Origin: a virus
Taxonomy: Duplodnaviria; Heunggongvirae; Uroviricota; Caudoviricetes
Virus record (IMG/VR): IMGVR_UViG_3300046507_000435
Coordinates: 1 to 64,000 of that record
DNA length: 64,000 nucleotides
Direction: 5' to 3' (one strand)
The stretch's first letter is position 1, and every line of letters starts with the position of its first letter. The notes below the pieces were generated by a model. It was not told the origin of the DNA, ran no database searches, and saw only the letters and a list, made by a program, of their open reading frames with translations. Positions 36,307-45,897 of this stretch are shown here, in pieces. Position numbers and translations under genes: made by a program.

Positions 36307-36936
36307 ATGGCCGCGCTCACTGACTTCCTGCCGGAAGTGCTGCCCTACCTGCCCGGCTGCTCCGTGCCGCTGGCGTTGAAGCAGCTGCGCGCGATCTGCA
36401 TGGACTTTTGCAGCGTCGCGCCCATCGCGCAGGCCACCATCGACCCGATCGACCTGGCGGCCGGCGAGCCGGAATACGACATCGACGCCCCGAATGGCAC
36501 CGATGTGACCCTGATCCTGTCGGCCCGGCTCAACGGCCGCCCGCTGAGCATCATCGGGTTGAATGACGCCGACTTCTCGGCGGCGCGCACCACCATGGGC
36601 ACGCCGCAGGGTATCAAGCAGACCGCTGGCAACAGCTTCCTGCTCGACGTGTCGCCCACCTACGACATGCCGCAGGCGGTAGCGCTGATCATCGCCACCA
36701 AGCCCAAGCGCAACGCCAATACCGTCGCCGACGTGCTGCTCAACGATTACGCCTACGACATCGGGCAGGGCGCCATCGGCCGCCTCTTGATGATGCCCAA
36801 CCAGCCGTTCAGCGCGCCGGCCAACGCCTTCGCCTACACCGCCCTGTATGAGCGGGCACGGACCAACGCCCGCATCCGGGCTGAGCAGTCCTTCGGGCAA
36901 ACCAGCGCCCGCGTGCAGCCGCGCCGCTTCATCTAG
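36307..36936 (+). CDS. hypothetical virion protein
   Basis: 209 aa. Compact + strand structural run. Confidence 0.45.
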   Translation: MAALTDFLPEVLPYLPGCSVPLALKQLRAICMDFCSVAPIAQATIDPIDLAAGEPEYDIDAPNGTDVTLILSARLNGRPLSIIGLNDADFSAARTTMGTPQGIKQTAGNSFLLDVSPTYDMPQAVALIIATKPKRNANTVADVLLNDYAYDIGQGAIGRLLMMPNQPFSAPANAFAYTALYERARTNARIRAEQSFGQTSARVQPRRFI

Positions 36937-36987
36937 CGCATTCCCCGGCACCTGCGGGTGCCTGTTCCATCCCGAGAAAGGAGCCAC

Positions 36988-37644
36988 ATGGGCACCGTAC
37001 CCTGCCGTGAAGTGGTCGATAGCGCCGGCCTGCTGCTGCAAGACAGCAAGCATGTCCGCTGGACCGCAGCGGAGCTGATGAAGTGGCTGAACGCCGGCCA
37101 GGCCGAAGCCGTCATCTACAAGCCCAACATCTGCGTGCGCAGCATCGACAAGGTGCAGGACAAGGGCACCAAGCAGGATCTGCCCGCCGATGGGCTGTCG
37201 CTGATCGACATCCCACGCAACAGCGACGGCAATGTGATCACCGTCATTCCGCGCAGCTCGCTCGATGCGCAGGAACCGGGCTGGCATCTTCCCAAGAATG
37301 CCAGCGCGACCGCGCTGCACTACTGCTACAGCGAACTGGACCCCAAGCACTACTACATCTATCCGCCATCGCCAGGCGGCAGCAAGGTAGAGCTGATCTA
37401 CAACGCCATCCCGACCTCCGTGCGGATCGATGACCCCATCGCCATCGATGACATCTACGTCAGCGCCCTGGTGGACTACGTGATCTATCGGGCCTTCTCC
37501 AAGGACTCCGAATTCGCGCCGCTGTCCGGTGCCAGCGCGGCACAGCACTACACGAACTTCCAGAACGCGATCCGAGGCAAGGCCGGCAGCGAAGCCGCGA
37601 CCGACCCGAACAAGCGCGACATCAGCAACCCCAACTCCAAATAG
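36988..37644 (+). CDS. hypothetical virion protein
   Basis: AAGGAG RBS before ATG 36988. The track ORF starts at 36958. Confidence 0.45.
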   Translation: MGTVPCREVVDSAGLLLQDSKHVRWTAAELMKWLNAGQAEAVIYKPNICVRSIDKVQDKGTKQDLPADGLSLIDIPRNSDGNVITVIPRSSLDAQEPGWHLPKNASATALHYCYSELDPKHYYIYPPSPGGSKVELIYNAIPTSVRIDDPIAIDDIYVSALVDYVIYRAFSKDSEFAPLSGASAAQHYTNFQNAIRGKAGSEAATDPNKRDISNPNSK

Positions 37645-37657
37645 ATAAGGAATCACC

Positions 37658-38068
37658 ATGGCAGGCTTGTCCGACTACTCCGAAGTAGCCATTTTGAACG
37701 CGCTGCTGCGCGGCACCAATTTCACGGCGCCCACCAACGCATCGCTGCGCCTGGCGCTCTTCACCGCCGACCCGACCGACGCTGGAAACATCAACGAAGT
37801 GGCGCTGGGCGGCTGGTACTCGCGCCAGGCCACCGGCCAGTTCACCGCGCCGTCCGCTTCGGGCACCGCGAACATTTCGTCCAACGTCGCCTCGATCACC
37901 TTCCCGGCCGTCACCGGTTCGGCTGTCACCGTCACCCACATCGGTGTGTTTGACGCCCAGACAGCCGGCAACATGCTGCTGTCGGCGCCGATGACCTCCG
38001 CCAAAACCCTGCAGGTCGGTGACGTGCTCTCGTTCGCCCCCGGCACCATCGTCGCCAGCCTGGACTAA
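37658..38068 (+). CDS. hypothetical virion protein
   Basis: 136 aa. AAGGAA RBS. Confidence 0.45.
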   Translation: MAGLSDYSEVAILNALLRGTNFTAPTNASLRLALFTADPTDAGNINEVALGGWYSRQATGQFTAPSASGTANISSNVASITFPAVTGSAVTVTHIGVFDAQTAGNMLLSAPMTSAKTLQVGDVLSFAPGTIVASLD

Positions 38069-38074
38069 TAACGC

Positions 38075-39250
38075 ATGAACTTCAACGGCCTTAACCGGTC
38101 CACTCTCAACGGGAGTGCGACCCGCGCCATTGCCGGCGCCAGCTTGATTGCCATGGTCGCCGCTGTATCGGCGCAGGGGCTGTGTACGAAGTTTGGCGGC
38201 GGCAGCATCGCCATAGCGTCGGTGGTCAGCAGCAACCCGCTGCGCACCGCGCTCAGCGCGGCGACTGCCGCCAGCACGTCGAGCGGCAGCGCGCAGTGGG
38301 TCATCGCCACCGGCGCCAGCGCCACGGCGCAGGCTGGGCTGACGCTCAAAGCCACCAACACCGATGCCTATTCGGTCGCCACCGCATCCGGGTCCGCCAC
38401 CGGTTTTATCACGCGGCCAGGTACCGGCAATGCCGTCACCACGGCCGCCGTCACGGCGGCGCCATCGGTCACGCTGGGTTACGCCAGCAACATCGTGGCG
38501 GGATCGAGCGCGATCGCCGACCCGAGCGTCAAGTTCAACGGGCAATCGGTCTGGGTGCGCGACGGCTATGCGCAGGCGGCCAGCACGTCCGCCGCGACGG
38601 CCAACGCGCTCAAAACCGCCCAGACCAGCGCCTTCGGCGTCGGCCTGTCGGACATGACCGCCTCCGCATTGAAAACGCATGGCGGCGGTGCGCTGTTCGA
38701 CTGCCAGACTACGGCGATCGCCACCGGCTCGATCGACTTTGCCCAGTCCAATGGCATCAGCGACCTGCGCGCCGATGGGCAGGTTACCCGCTACTTTGAG
38801 GCACTCACCAGCAGTAGCCTGCAGCTGAGCGCGGTACCGACCAACACCACGCAAGGTAGCGCGGGCACGGTGCTGGGAGGCATGGCACTGACCGCCGATG
38901 CCCGACTGGCGGCCCGCGCCGGCGCGACGTTCGACTTTGCCCTGACCGGCACAGCGGACGCCAGGCTGGCGTTGCAAGGCCAGGGCGACATGGGCAGCTG
39001 CAGCAGCCTGGCGGCGGCAGGCACCGTGTATCGCCCCGGCGAGGCGCTGGCCAGCAGTGAACTCGACATCAGCGCCCAGTGGATCGTCATCCGCTACGGC
39101 GAGGCGAGCATCGCGCAGCAGCTGGTGATGAGCGCGATTCCTATCACCAATCCCGCCGTACGGGCGCCGGACGAACGCAGCTTCCGCGTGCCGTTTGACA
39201 ACCGCGCGCTCCGCGTCCCCGGCGAGAACCGTACCTTCAAAGTCCTATGA
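38075..39250 (+). CDS. Ala/Ser/Thr-rich structural protein (fibre or tube-like)
   Basis: 391 aa of low-complexity A/S/T/G-rich sequence, typical of fibrous virion proteins. Confidence 0.45.
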   Translation: MNFNGLNRSTLNGSATRAIAGASLIAMVAAVSAQGLCTKFGGGSIAIASVVSSNPLRTALSAATAASTSSGSAQWVIATGASATAQAGLTLKATNTDAYSVATASGSATGFITRPGTGNAVTTAAVTAAPSVTLGYASNIVAGSSAIADPSVKFNGQSVWVRDGYAQAASTSAATANALKTAQTSAFGVGLSDMTASALKTHGGGALFDCQTTAIATGSIDFAQSNGISDLRADGQVTRYFEALTSSSLQLSAVPTNTTQGSAGTVLGGMALTADARLAARAGATFDFALTGTADARLALQGQGDMGSCSSLAAAGTVYRPGEALASSELDISAQWIVIRYGEASIAQQLVMSAIPITNPAVRAPDERSFRVPFDNRALRVPGENRTFKVL

Positions 39251-39531
39251 GCCTACTCGGAAGCGTCACCAAGCAACCCATCGAGGTCATCGACTACGAC
39301 GTGGATTACACCGACTGGCTCACGCCAGGCGATGGCATCGCGTCAGTCGATGTCCAGATCAGCCCGACCGGTCTGACCATGCCCAAGCCGCCCAACGTGT
39401 CCTCCCCTGTGGTCAAGGTGTGGACCTCCGGCGGCGTCAACGGCACAACCTACAAGGTCACCGTCACCGCCATCACTGACGACGACCGCACCAAGCAGGA
39501 CGAATTCAAAGTCCGCGTGAAGGAGACTTGA
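39247..39531 (+). CDS. hypothetical small virion protein
   Basis: 94 aa. Coupled to both neighbours. Confidence 0.4.
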   Translation: MSLLGSVTKQPIEVIDYDVDYTDWLTPGDGIASVDVQISPTGLTMPKPPNVSSPVVKVWTSGGVNGTTYKVTVTAITDDDRTKQDEFKVRVKET

Positions 39532-40277
39532 TGCAACTGTTTTCCAATAACGCCAGTTCCGTGCTGCAGGCCGGCGTCGCCTCCAATGGGACCAGCATCC
39601 AGCTGTCCCCGGGCGACGGCGCCCGCTTCCCCAACCCGCAAGGGGGCGACTTCTTCCTGGCCACGCTGTTCCAGCGCGTGGGGATGACAGAGCAGAACTG
39701 GGAAGTGGTCCTGATCACTGCCCGCAGCGGCGACGTGCTGACCATCGGCACCCGCGGGCTGGAGGGCACCATGCCATTCAGCTACAACGCGGGTGACTTC
39801 ATCGAGCTGCGTTACACGGCCGGCGCGGTGCTGCCAGTGCGCAACGGCGCCCTGACTGGCGCCTTGAACGAGGCAGCCACCATACCGCTGGCCAGCTCGT
39901 CGGCCATGGCGATCGGCGCCGCCGGCGCCAATACCATCAACGTGACTGGCACCGCCACCATCAACACCTTTGATTCGGTCGGCGCAGGCGCCTTCCGGCG
40001 CCTGAAGTTCGCTGGCGCGCTGACCCTCACCCACAACGCCGTGTCGATGCGCTGCCTCTCGGGCGCCTCGATCGTGACCCAGCCCGGCGACTGGTCCGAG
40101 TGGATCTCGCTGGGTAATGGCAACTGGGAGATGGTCAGCTATACCCGCGCCACTGGCACCTCGTTGATTGCCCAGACCTTCGTGGCAGGCCCGGGCATCA
40201 CCATCAACAACGTCAATGGCGTCCTCACCTTCGGCGCCACCGGCGGCTCCTATGCCTCCACCCTGAAATTCTCTTAA
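39531..40277 (+). CDS. tail fibre-like protein
   Basis: AGGAG 5 nt before ATG 39531. Gly/Thr/Asn-rich beta-type composition. Confidence 0.45.
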   Translation: MQLFSNNASSVLQAGVASNGTSIQLSPGDGARFPNPQGGDFFLATLFQRVGMTEQNWEVVLITARSGDVLTIGTRGLEGTMPFSYNAGDFIELRYTAGAVLPVRNGALTGALNEAATIPLASSSAMAIGAAGANTINVTGTATINTFDSVGAGAFRRLKFAGALTLTHNAVSMRCLSGASIVTQPGDWSEWISLGNGNWEMVSYTRATGTSLIAQTFVAGPGITINNVNGVLTFGATGGSYASTLKFS

Positions 40278-40287
40278 CGGATACACC

Positions 40288-41487
40288 ATGCCAGACGTCC
40301 TCACCGAATTTATTAACAATGCCAACCTCACGCTGCCAATGATTCAGGCGGGCGTACCAGTGGTAGCGAACGCGGCCGGAGAATCTGCCGTCGTCAAGGA
40401 TGTGCTGGTGACATGCGCCAACGCTACCCGGCCGTTATCCCTGGGCGTGGGCTCGATTCCCTCCATTAGTTTTACGGGTAGCACTCGTCTTACCGGCACT
40501 GAAATCGTCGGCCAATCCACGTCACTTGTACTGAAAACCTCGGCAGCTGCGGTCTTCAATACCTTCTACGTGGCTAACTCACAATCTAGCGTGCTGCAAT
40601 CGCAAATTGCGACCGTGTTCACATCCGATAGCTTCACTGGCGGGGGCGCAATCACGCAGACTCAAATCTTAGGGACTGCGGCCACCAGCAACATCACATT
40701 CCACCTCTTCGATCAAAGCGGCAACTACTACTATTCCGGCGAAAATAGTGGCGTGCTGTACCGCCGTGCCGGCGGCATCAATGGGGTGGAGACATCGATT
40801 CCGTTTGGCACCTACACGATGTGCTACGACGGTATCCGCTACATCTATGGCCTGGATAGCAGCAAGATCTACACCTACGACACGCAAACAGCCACCATCA
40901 GCAGCGTCGCCTATAGTGGCATAACGCCTGCCACCGCAAGCTATTGCTCCTGCGCGGCAATGGATGGTCGAGTGGTCTATCGGGCTATGGACAGTGGCAA
41001 CGGGGTAGTGTCCCTGATCAATCCCGCCACTGGCGTGGGTGCCAACCTCTTCTTTGGCCAGAATACTTCCACACGCTATTACGTAGGAATCAACAAGGAC
41101 ACCGACGGCAATTACTACGTCTGGCACAGCTATAACGGCAGCGCTAACAACAACATCTTTTGGTGGAATATCGGCCCCAGCATCACCGCCCCGGCATCCA
41201 GCAAACCATCCGGAAATTTTGGAGTTACCAATTCAGCGTTTAACAGTTCCTCCCTCGGGAGCGGCGCAAACGGCATTCGCGCCGCAGGTAACGCCGACCC
41301 CGGGCGGGCCTATTTTATGAGCACCACGCTTTGGGTAGCCGATTTCAATGCCAAAACCCTGGTGCCGTTTACGCCAGGCAGTGGCACGATAAGCGGTGCC
41401 TTGTTTGTCCCGGCAGTGGATCAAAATCGCGCAACAACAGATTTTGGCCAAATCGGCATTCGCGCAACCGGCATCAAAACGACTTAA
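40288..41487 (+). CDS. tail fibre / receptor-binding protein (low-GC cassette)
   Basis: 399 aa, S/T/N/G/Y-rich. The gene has noticeably lower GC than its surroundings, as expected for an exchanged host-range module. Confidence 0.45.
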   Translation: MPDVLTEFINNANLTLPMIQAGVPVVANAAGESAVVKDVLVTCANATRPLSLGVGSIPSISFTGSTRLTGTEIVGQSTSLVLKTSAAAVFNTFYVANSQSSVLQSQIATVFTSDSFTGGGAITQTQILGTAATSNITFHLFDQSGNYYYSGENSGVLYRRAGGINGVETSIPFGTYTMCYDGIRYIYGLDSSKIYTYDTQTATISSVAYSGITPATASYCSCAAMDGRVVYRAMDSGNGVVSLINPATGVGANLFFGQNTSTRYYVGINKDTDGNYYVWHSYNGSANNNIFWWNIGPSITAPASSKPSGNFGVTNSAFNSSSLGSGANGIRAAGNADPGRAYFMSTTLWVADFNAKTLVPFTPGSGTISGALFVPAVDQNRATTDFGQIGIRATGIKTT

Positions 41488-41496
41488 AGGAAGCGA

Positions 41497-41781
41497 ATGT
41501 TAAATTACTCTTCACAGGGCAATCAGCCCAAGCTCATCGCCATCGCAGTGACCGCAATAACTGGCATTGTCTATACAGTCCCTGCCGGAAAGCGGTTTGT
41601 TGGGCAGGTCGTATCTAACACAACCCAGATTAACTACATCGGCATCAATGGTGTCAACGTGCTGGTAAATCAGTCTTCGGCAGCAACTTCGCCTCCACTG
41701 CAACTTGATCTGCCATCTGGAACGGTTATTTCAATCGCCAGCACCACTTACAACTGGACTCTACTGGGTAGCGAGCAATGA
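41497..41781 (+). CDS. hypothetical small protein (possible fibre chaperone)
   Basis: 94 aa immediately after the fibre gene. AAGGAAG RBS. Confidence 0.35.
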   Translation: MLNYSSQGNQPKLIAIAVTAITGIVYTVPAGKRFVGQVVSNTTQINYIGINGVNVLVNQSSAATSPPLQLDLPSGTVISIASTTYNWTLLGSEQ

Positions 41782-42257
41782 TCACCATCACCATTAACCC
41801 AGATCTGTCCTCCCATTCCGTGACCGACGATGGCGCGCTCGAATGCTATCTACCAAGCTACCACCCTGAGTCACTGGTGCCGTTCGCTTCAGCCGACGAA
41901 GTAAAGGCCTATGCGTATGCGGCGTTGAATAGGCCGTACTTCTACACCCGCGTGCCAACTGCGGAGCAGAAGGCCCAGGCTGCGGCGGACGCGGCGCAAG
42001 CAGCACGCGATGTAGCGAAACAGCGTCGCGCCGACGCCGTCGCCGCCATCACCGTCAATGTGGACGGCATGACCTTCGATGGCGACGAAATCAGTCAAGG
42101 CCGCATCGCCCGCGCGATCCTGGCCATGGAGTCCGCCGGGGTGCCCAATACGCCGTGGACACTTTCCAACAACGCGGTGGCAGCCGTCACCGTTGCGCAG
42201 CTGCGCGCGGCGCTGGTCAAGGCGGGGCTGGCACAGACCGCGCTGTGGGGGATCTGA
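41778..42257 (+). CDS. hypothetical protein (possible tail-fibre assembly protein)
   Basis: 159 aa. Positional inference only. Confidence 0.3.
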   Translation: MITITINPDLSSHSVTDDGALECYLPSYHPESLVPFASADEVKAYAYAALNRPYFYTRVPTAEQKAQAAADAAQAARDVAKQRRADAVAAITVNVDGMTFDGDEISQGRIARAILAMESAGVPNTPWTLSNNAVAAVTVAQLRAALVKAGLAQTALWGI

Positions 42258-42574
42258 TGCGGCGTATTTCACTGCTGCGGGACGGGCTGCTGCTGCGGCT
42301 ACGGCTGTTGGCGTTGCTCCCAATCTGCCTGCTGGCCGCGCTGTTCGCGCTGCTGCGCCTGCTGTACTGCATCGTTGTCAATCCGGCGCGCGGCTGGGTC
42401 ATTACCGTGGCCCATGACCAGCTGGCCAACGCCGCGGCGAACGGCGACCCGGACGAAACCATCAGCTCGCGTGCCTACCGCGCCCAGGTGGAGCGACGGC
42501 GCTGGGGCTGCGTCCTGTGCCGCTTCCTCGACCTGTTCCAGAAAAACCACTGCGCCCTGTCCGCAGGCACCTAA
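42256..42574 (+). CDS. small membrane protein with a Cys-containing C-terminus
   Basis: LLLRLRLLALLPICLLAALFALLRLLYCIVV TM helix. WGCVLCRFLDLFQKNHC. Lies upstream of the lysis genes. Confidence 0.3.
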
Positions 42575-42619
42575 CCAACAACCCGCTTCGGCGGGTTTTC
42601 CTTTTTCAGGAACTCTTAC

Positions 42620-43048
42620 ATGGCTGTCGAAACCACCGCCGCCACCGGCGCGCTCATCAAAATTTTTGGCGTGCCGGTGCTCACCAGCGCCGCCGCTACC
42701 TCGCTGGGCTTCATGTTCATGTGGCCCAGCTCCCCCAAGGAGGCGTTTATTCGCATCGGCTCGACCATCATCTTTTCCACCATCTTCGGCCCGGTGCTGG
42801 TCATCGCGCTGCGCTCAGCCTGGCCTACGCTGTTCGACTCGGCGCGCGACATCGCCGCGCTGTACGGCACCGAGCCGGCCTTCGGCTTCCTGTTCATCGC
42901 CGCCCCCGTCATGGTCGGCGCCGGCCTGCCGGCATGGTGGGTGGTCGGCGCCGTGGTGCGCTGGCTCAACGCCCGCAAGAACAAGGACATCGGCGAACTG
43001 GCGCATGACGCCATGGACATGGTCAACCAGCTGCGGGGGAAAGCATGA
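42620..43048 (+). CDS. holin (candidate)
   Basis: 142 aa with 3-4 hydrophobic helices. Charged C-terminal tail (RWLNARKNKDIGELAHD). Stop overlaps the endolysin start. Confidence 0.5.
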   Translation: MAVETTAATGALIKIFGVPVLTSAAATSLGFMFMWPSSPKEAFIRIGSTIIFSTIFGPVLVIALRSAWPTLFDSARDIAALYGTEPAFGFLFIAAPVMVGAGLPAWWVVGAVVRWLNARKNKDIGELAHDAMDMVNQLRGKA

Positions 43049-43581
43049 ATCTCGCCCAGCTGATCGCCATCATGCCGTTTGCCCGGCCGCACGCGGCCAA
43101 GTACCTCGACTGGCTCAACGCCACCATGGCCGAGTTTTCCATCAACACGCCAGCGCGTCAGGCCAGCTTCCTGTCCCAGCTGGGGCACGAATCGGGCCAG
43201 CTGCAGTATGTGCAGGAGCTGGCCAGCGGCGCCGCCTACGATACCGGGCCGCTGGCCAAGCGGCTGGGCAACACGCCCGAAGCGGACGGCGACGGCCAGA
43301 AGTGGAAGGGCCACGGCTTCATTCAGGTCACCGGGCACGACAACCACGTCGCCTGCGCGGCGTACTTCAAGATCCCGCTGGACCAGATCGTTGCCTGGCT
43401 GCTCACGCCCGAGGGCGCCTGCCGCTCCGCAGGCTGGTTCTGGAAGACCCATGGCCTGAACGAGCTGGCCGACGCCGGCGACCAGGTCGCCATCACCCAC
43501 CGCGTCAACGGTGGCGAAAACGGGCTGGCCGACCGCCTGGCCCTGTTCGCCGTCTGCCAGCGCGTGCTGGCCACCCCCTGA
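43045..43581 (+). CDS. GH19 (chitinase-like) endolysin
   Basis: FLSQLGHESGQLQY and WKGHGFIQVTGHDNH match the two GH19 catalytic signature blocks found in phage endolysins. Confidence 0.85.
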   Translation: MNLAQLIAIMPFARPHAAKYLDWLNATMAEFSINTPARQASFLSQLGHESGQLQYVQELASGAAYDTGPLAKRLGNTPEADGDGQKWKGHGFIQVTGHDNHVACAAYFKIPLDQIVAWLLTPEGACRSAGWFWKTHGLNELADAGDQVAITHRVNGGENGLADRLALFAVCQRVLATP

Positions 43582-43595
43582 TACAGGAACCCATC

Positions 43596-44135
43596 ATGTC
43601 CAAACTGACCGACATCGTGCTGCCGCTGTGGGCGCGCCTTTTGGTGCTGCTGGCCTGCGGCGCGGCCGTCTACCTGCTGGGCCAGCTGCACGGCGAGCGC
43701 ATCGCCGGGCAGGCCCATATCGACTACGTGCTGGCGCAGGCCAAGGCCGGCACCCGCATCGCGCAAGCTCAATCCCAAGTTATCTGGAAAACGGACGTAC
43801 AGTACCGCGATCGCATCCAGACCATCTACGTCAAGAGAGACACCATTGAAAAATCTGTGCCTGTACTCGTCACGCCTGCTGACAATGAGCATTACGGCGT
43901 TAATGCTGGCTTCGTGCGCAGCTTCAACGCCGCCTGGGCCAATGAGCCTGCCGGACCTGCCACCGAGTCTGACCACGGACCCGCCGCCGTTCCGCTCGCT
44001 GACATCGCCGAAGCCGAAGCCGCCAACGCCGCCAGCTGCCACGTCTGGCGCGAGCAAACCCTCGGCCTGCGGGAGCTGTACCAGCGCATGAAGCACGTCA
44101 TGGAACAGGGCGCCACCGCCAAGGGAGCGCCATAA
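43596..44135 (+). CDS. Rz-like i-spanin
   Basis: N-terminal TM helix (LWARLLVLLACGAAVYLLG) then a periplasmic coiled coil. Contains the embedded Rz1 ORF in the +1 frame. Confidence 0.6.
   Translation: MSKLTDIVLPLWARLLVLLACGAAVYLLGQLHGERIAGQAHIDYVLAQAKAGTRIAQAQSQVIWKTDVQYRDRIQTIYVKRDTIEKSVPVLVTPADNEHYGVNAGFVRSFNAAWANEPAGPATESDHGPAAVPLADIAEAEAANAASCHVWREQTLGLRELYQRMKHVMEQGATAKGAP
43846..44091 (+). CDS. Rz1-like o-spanin lipoprotein embedded within Rz
   Basis: Lipobox LMLASC, then a Pro-rich mature region (PPGPMSLPDLPPSLTTDPPPF). It lies entirely inside the Rz gene in another frame. Confidence 0.6.
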   Translation: MKNLCLYSSRLLTMSITALMLASCAASTPPGPMSLPDLPPSLTTDPPPFRSLTSPKPKPPTPPAATSGASKPSACGSCTSA

Positions 44136-45895
44136 TGCCGGCCCCGCTCGATCTGGATACCTTCAAGGGCATCATTCCGCGCGCCGACGCCACCGCGCTG
44201 CCGGCCAACGCGGCCGTGATCGCCGAGAACATCGATTTTTCGACCGGCAAGCTGCAGTCGCTCAAGGCCGACTTCAAGCTGCGCGACCTGGCGCTGGCGG
44301 CCCAGTCGGTGTTCAGCACCGATGGCCTGCGCTTCTATGCCTGGGCCAGCGACGTGGACGCGGTGCAAAGCCCGCTGCAGTCCGGTACGTCGAACGATCT
44401 GCTGTACTACACCACCGGCAGTGACTTTCGGGTCACGCGCATTTCGCTGGCGCCGGTCAATGGCGCCGCGCCCACGTCGAGCTACCGGGTGGGCGTGCCG
44501 CGTCCCAGCGCGGCGGCCAGGATCACGGTGGTGCACCCCACGCCGCCGGCCGCCCCGGTGGCGACCGTCGAGCCGCTGCCGGCCGACACCTACGACGCGC
44601 GCTTAAAGGCGGCGCAGGCGGCCTCGGACGCGACGTTTAGCGCGTCCGTGAAAACCACCACGGAAACCCGGGCTTACGTCTATACCTACGCCAATACCTA
44701 CAACGAGGAAGGGCCGCCCAGCGACCCGGTCACCGTCGATGTCAAGGCGCAGACGGTCAACGGCATCACCACCTACAGCACCGTCACGGTGGAAGTGACG
44801 TTCGACGGCAATGGCGAGTATGTACCGATCAACGCGGCGCGCCTGTACCGCGCGGGCACCTCGGACCAGTACCTGTTCGTGCTGTCGATCAGCGGTAGCG
44901 GCGGCAAGCAGACGGCCGTGGACGCGGTGCTGGGCGGCGCCCTGAACGAGCCGCTGTCGAACATCGACGCCTACCCGCCCCCGGTCAACCTGAAGGGGCT
45001 GATCAACGTCGGCAACGGCATCCTGGCCGCGTGGAAGGGCCGCGAACTGTGGTTTTCGGACGCCTACCGCCCATGGTCATGGCCACCGGCCTACATGAAG
45101 ACGGTCGGCTACACCATCGTCGGCGCGCTGCCCAACAGCACCGGCGCCGTGGTCACCACCGTCGGCAAGCCGTCGATCTTCACCGGCACCAGCCCCGACG
45201 CCATGCAGGAAATCCCGCTCGACATCGATCAGCCGGGCGTGTCGAAGTGGGCCATGTGCATGCTCAACGGGTCGGCGGTGTACGCCAGCCGCGACGGCAT
45301 TGTCGGCATCGCCGGCCTGCAGCCGGACATGTCGCTGTCGGAGCGCTTCTTCACCCGCAAGGAATGGCGCGCCCGCTATGGCGCCAGCCTGGGCACCATG
45401 CAGTTCGCCTACTACGACGGCCAGCTGGTGGTGTTCTCGCGTACCGGCGCCTTTACCGCCTTCATGGTCCAGCTGGAAGAGTCGGCCGGCGCCATGACGG
45501 AACTGCCCGACTGGAAAGGCACCAGCGCGGCCGTAGTCGTGACCTCGGATCAGCTCTACACCTTGAACGGCACCGGCCTGTATCAGTTCGGCGGTGGCGC
45601 CGATCTGCCGCTGCACTGGCGCAGCGCCGATATCGTGCTGCCCGGGCCGACCGTTCTGGCGTGGGCGCAGGTCGAGTGCATTGGCGACTTCACGGTCCAG
45701 TTCTACCAGGACGGCGATCTGGGCTATACCGAGCAGCTGAGTACCGGGACGACGAATTTTCGCCTGCCCAGCGGCGCCATCCCCGGCCATGCCGGGCTGG
45801 AACCGTCCGACCGCTGGCAGATCGACATCAGCGGGCAGGGTACCTTTAAATGGCTCAAGGCGGCGTCCTCGGCGCGCGGCCTGGCCGGAGCATAA
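44135..45895 (+). CDS. hypothetical virion/tail protein
   Basis: 586 aa. Start overlaps the Rz stop (TAATG). Confidence 0.45.
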   Translation: MPAPLDLDTFKGIIPRADATALPANAAVIAENIDFSTGKLQSLKADFKLRDLALAAQSVFSTDGLRFYAWASDVDAVQSPLQSGTSNDLLYYTTGSDFRVTRISLAPVNGAAPTSSYRVGVPRPSAAARITVVHPTPPAAPVATVEPLPADTYDARLKAAQAASDATFSASVKTTTETRAYVYTYANTYNEEGPPSDPVTVDVKAQTVNGITTYSTVTVEVTFDGNGEYVPINAARLYRAGTSDQYLFVLSISGSGGKQTAVDAVLGGALNEPLSNIDAYPPPVNLKGLINVGNGILAAWKGRELWFSDAYRPWSWPPAYMKTVGYTIVGALPNSTGAVVTTVGKPSIFTGTSPDAMQEIPLDIDQPGVSKWAMCMLNGSAVYASRDGIVGIAGLQPDMSLSERFFTRKEWRARYGASLGTMQFAYYDGQLVVFSRTGAFTAFMVQLEESAGAMTELPDWKGTSAAVVVTSDQLYTLNGTGLYQFGGGADLPLHWRSADIVLPGPTVLAWAQVECIGDFTVQFYQDGDLGYTEQLSTGTTNFRLPSGAIPGHAGLEPSDRWQIDISGQGTFKWLKAASSARGLAGA

Positions 45896-45897
45896 GC

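Noticed and set aside
35689-38977. 656-aa and 451-aa minus ORFs across the capsid and tail region
   Set aside because: Antisense to a tightly coupled plus-strand structural operon. They are G/R/A/D-rich with no motifs.
42375-44135. 586-aa plus ORF spanning the endolysin and Rz region in another frame
   Set aside because: Pro/Arg/Ala-rich junk composition. It overlaps well-supported holin, GH19 endolysin and Rz genes. Only its last 179 codons (43596..44135) are the real Rz gene.
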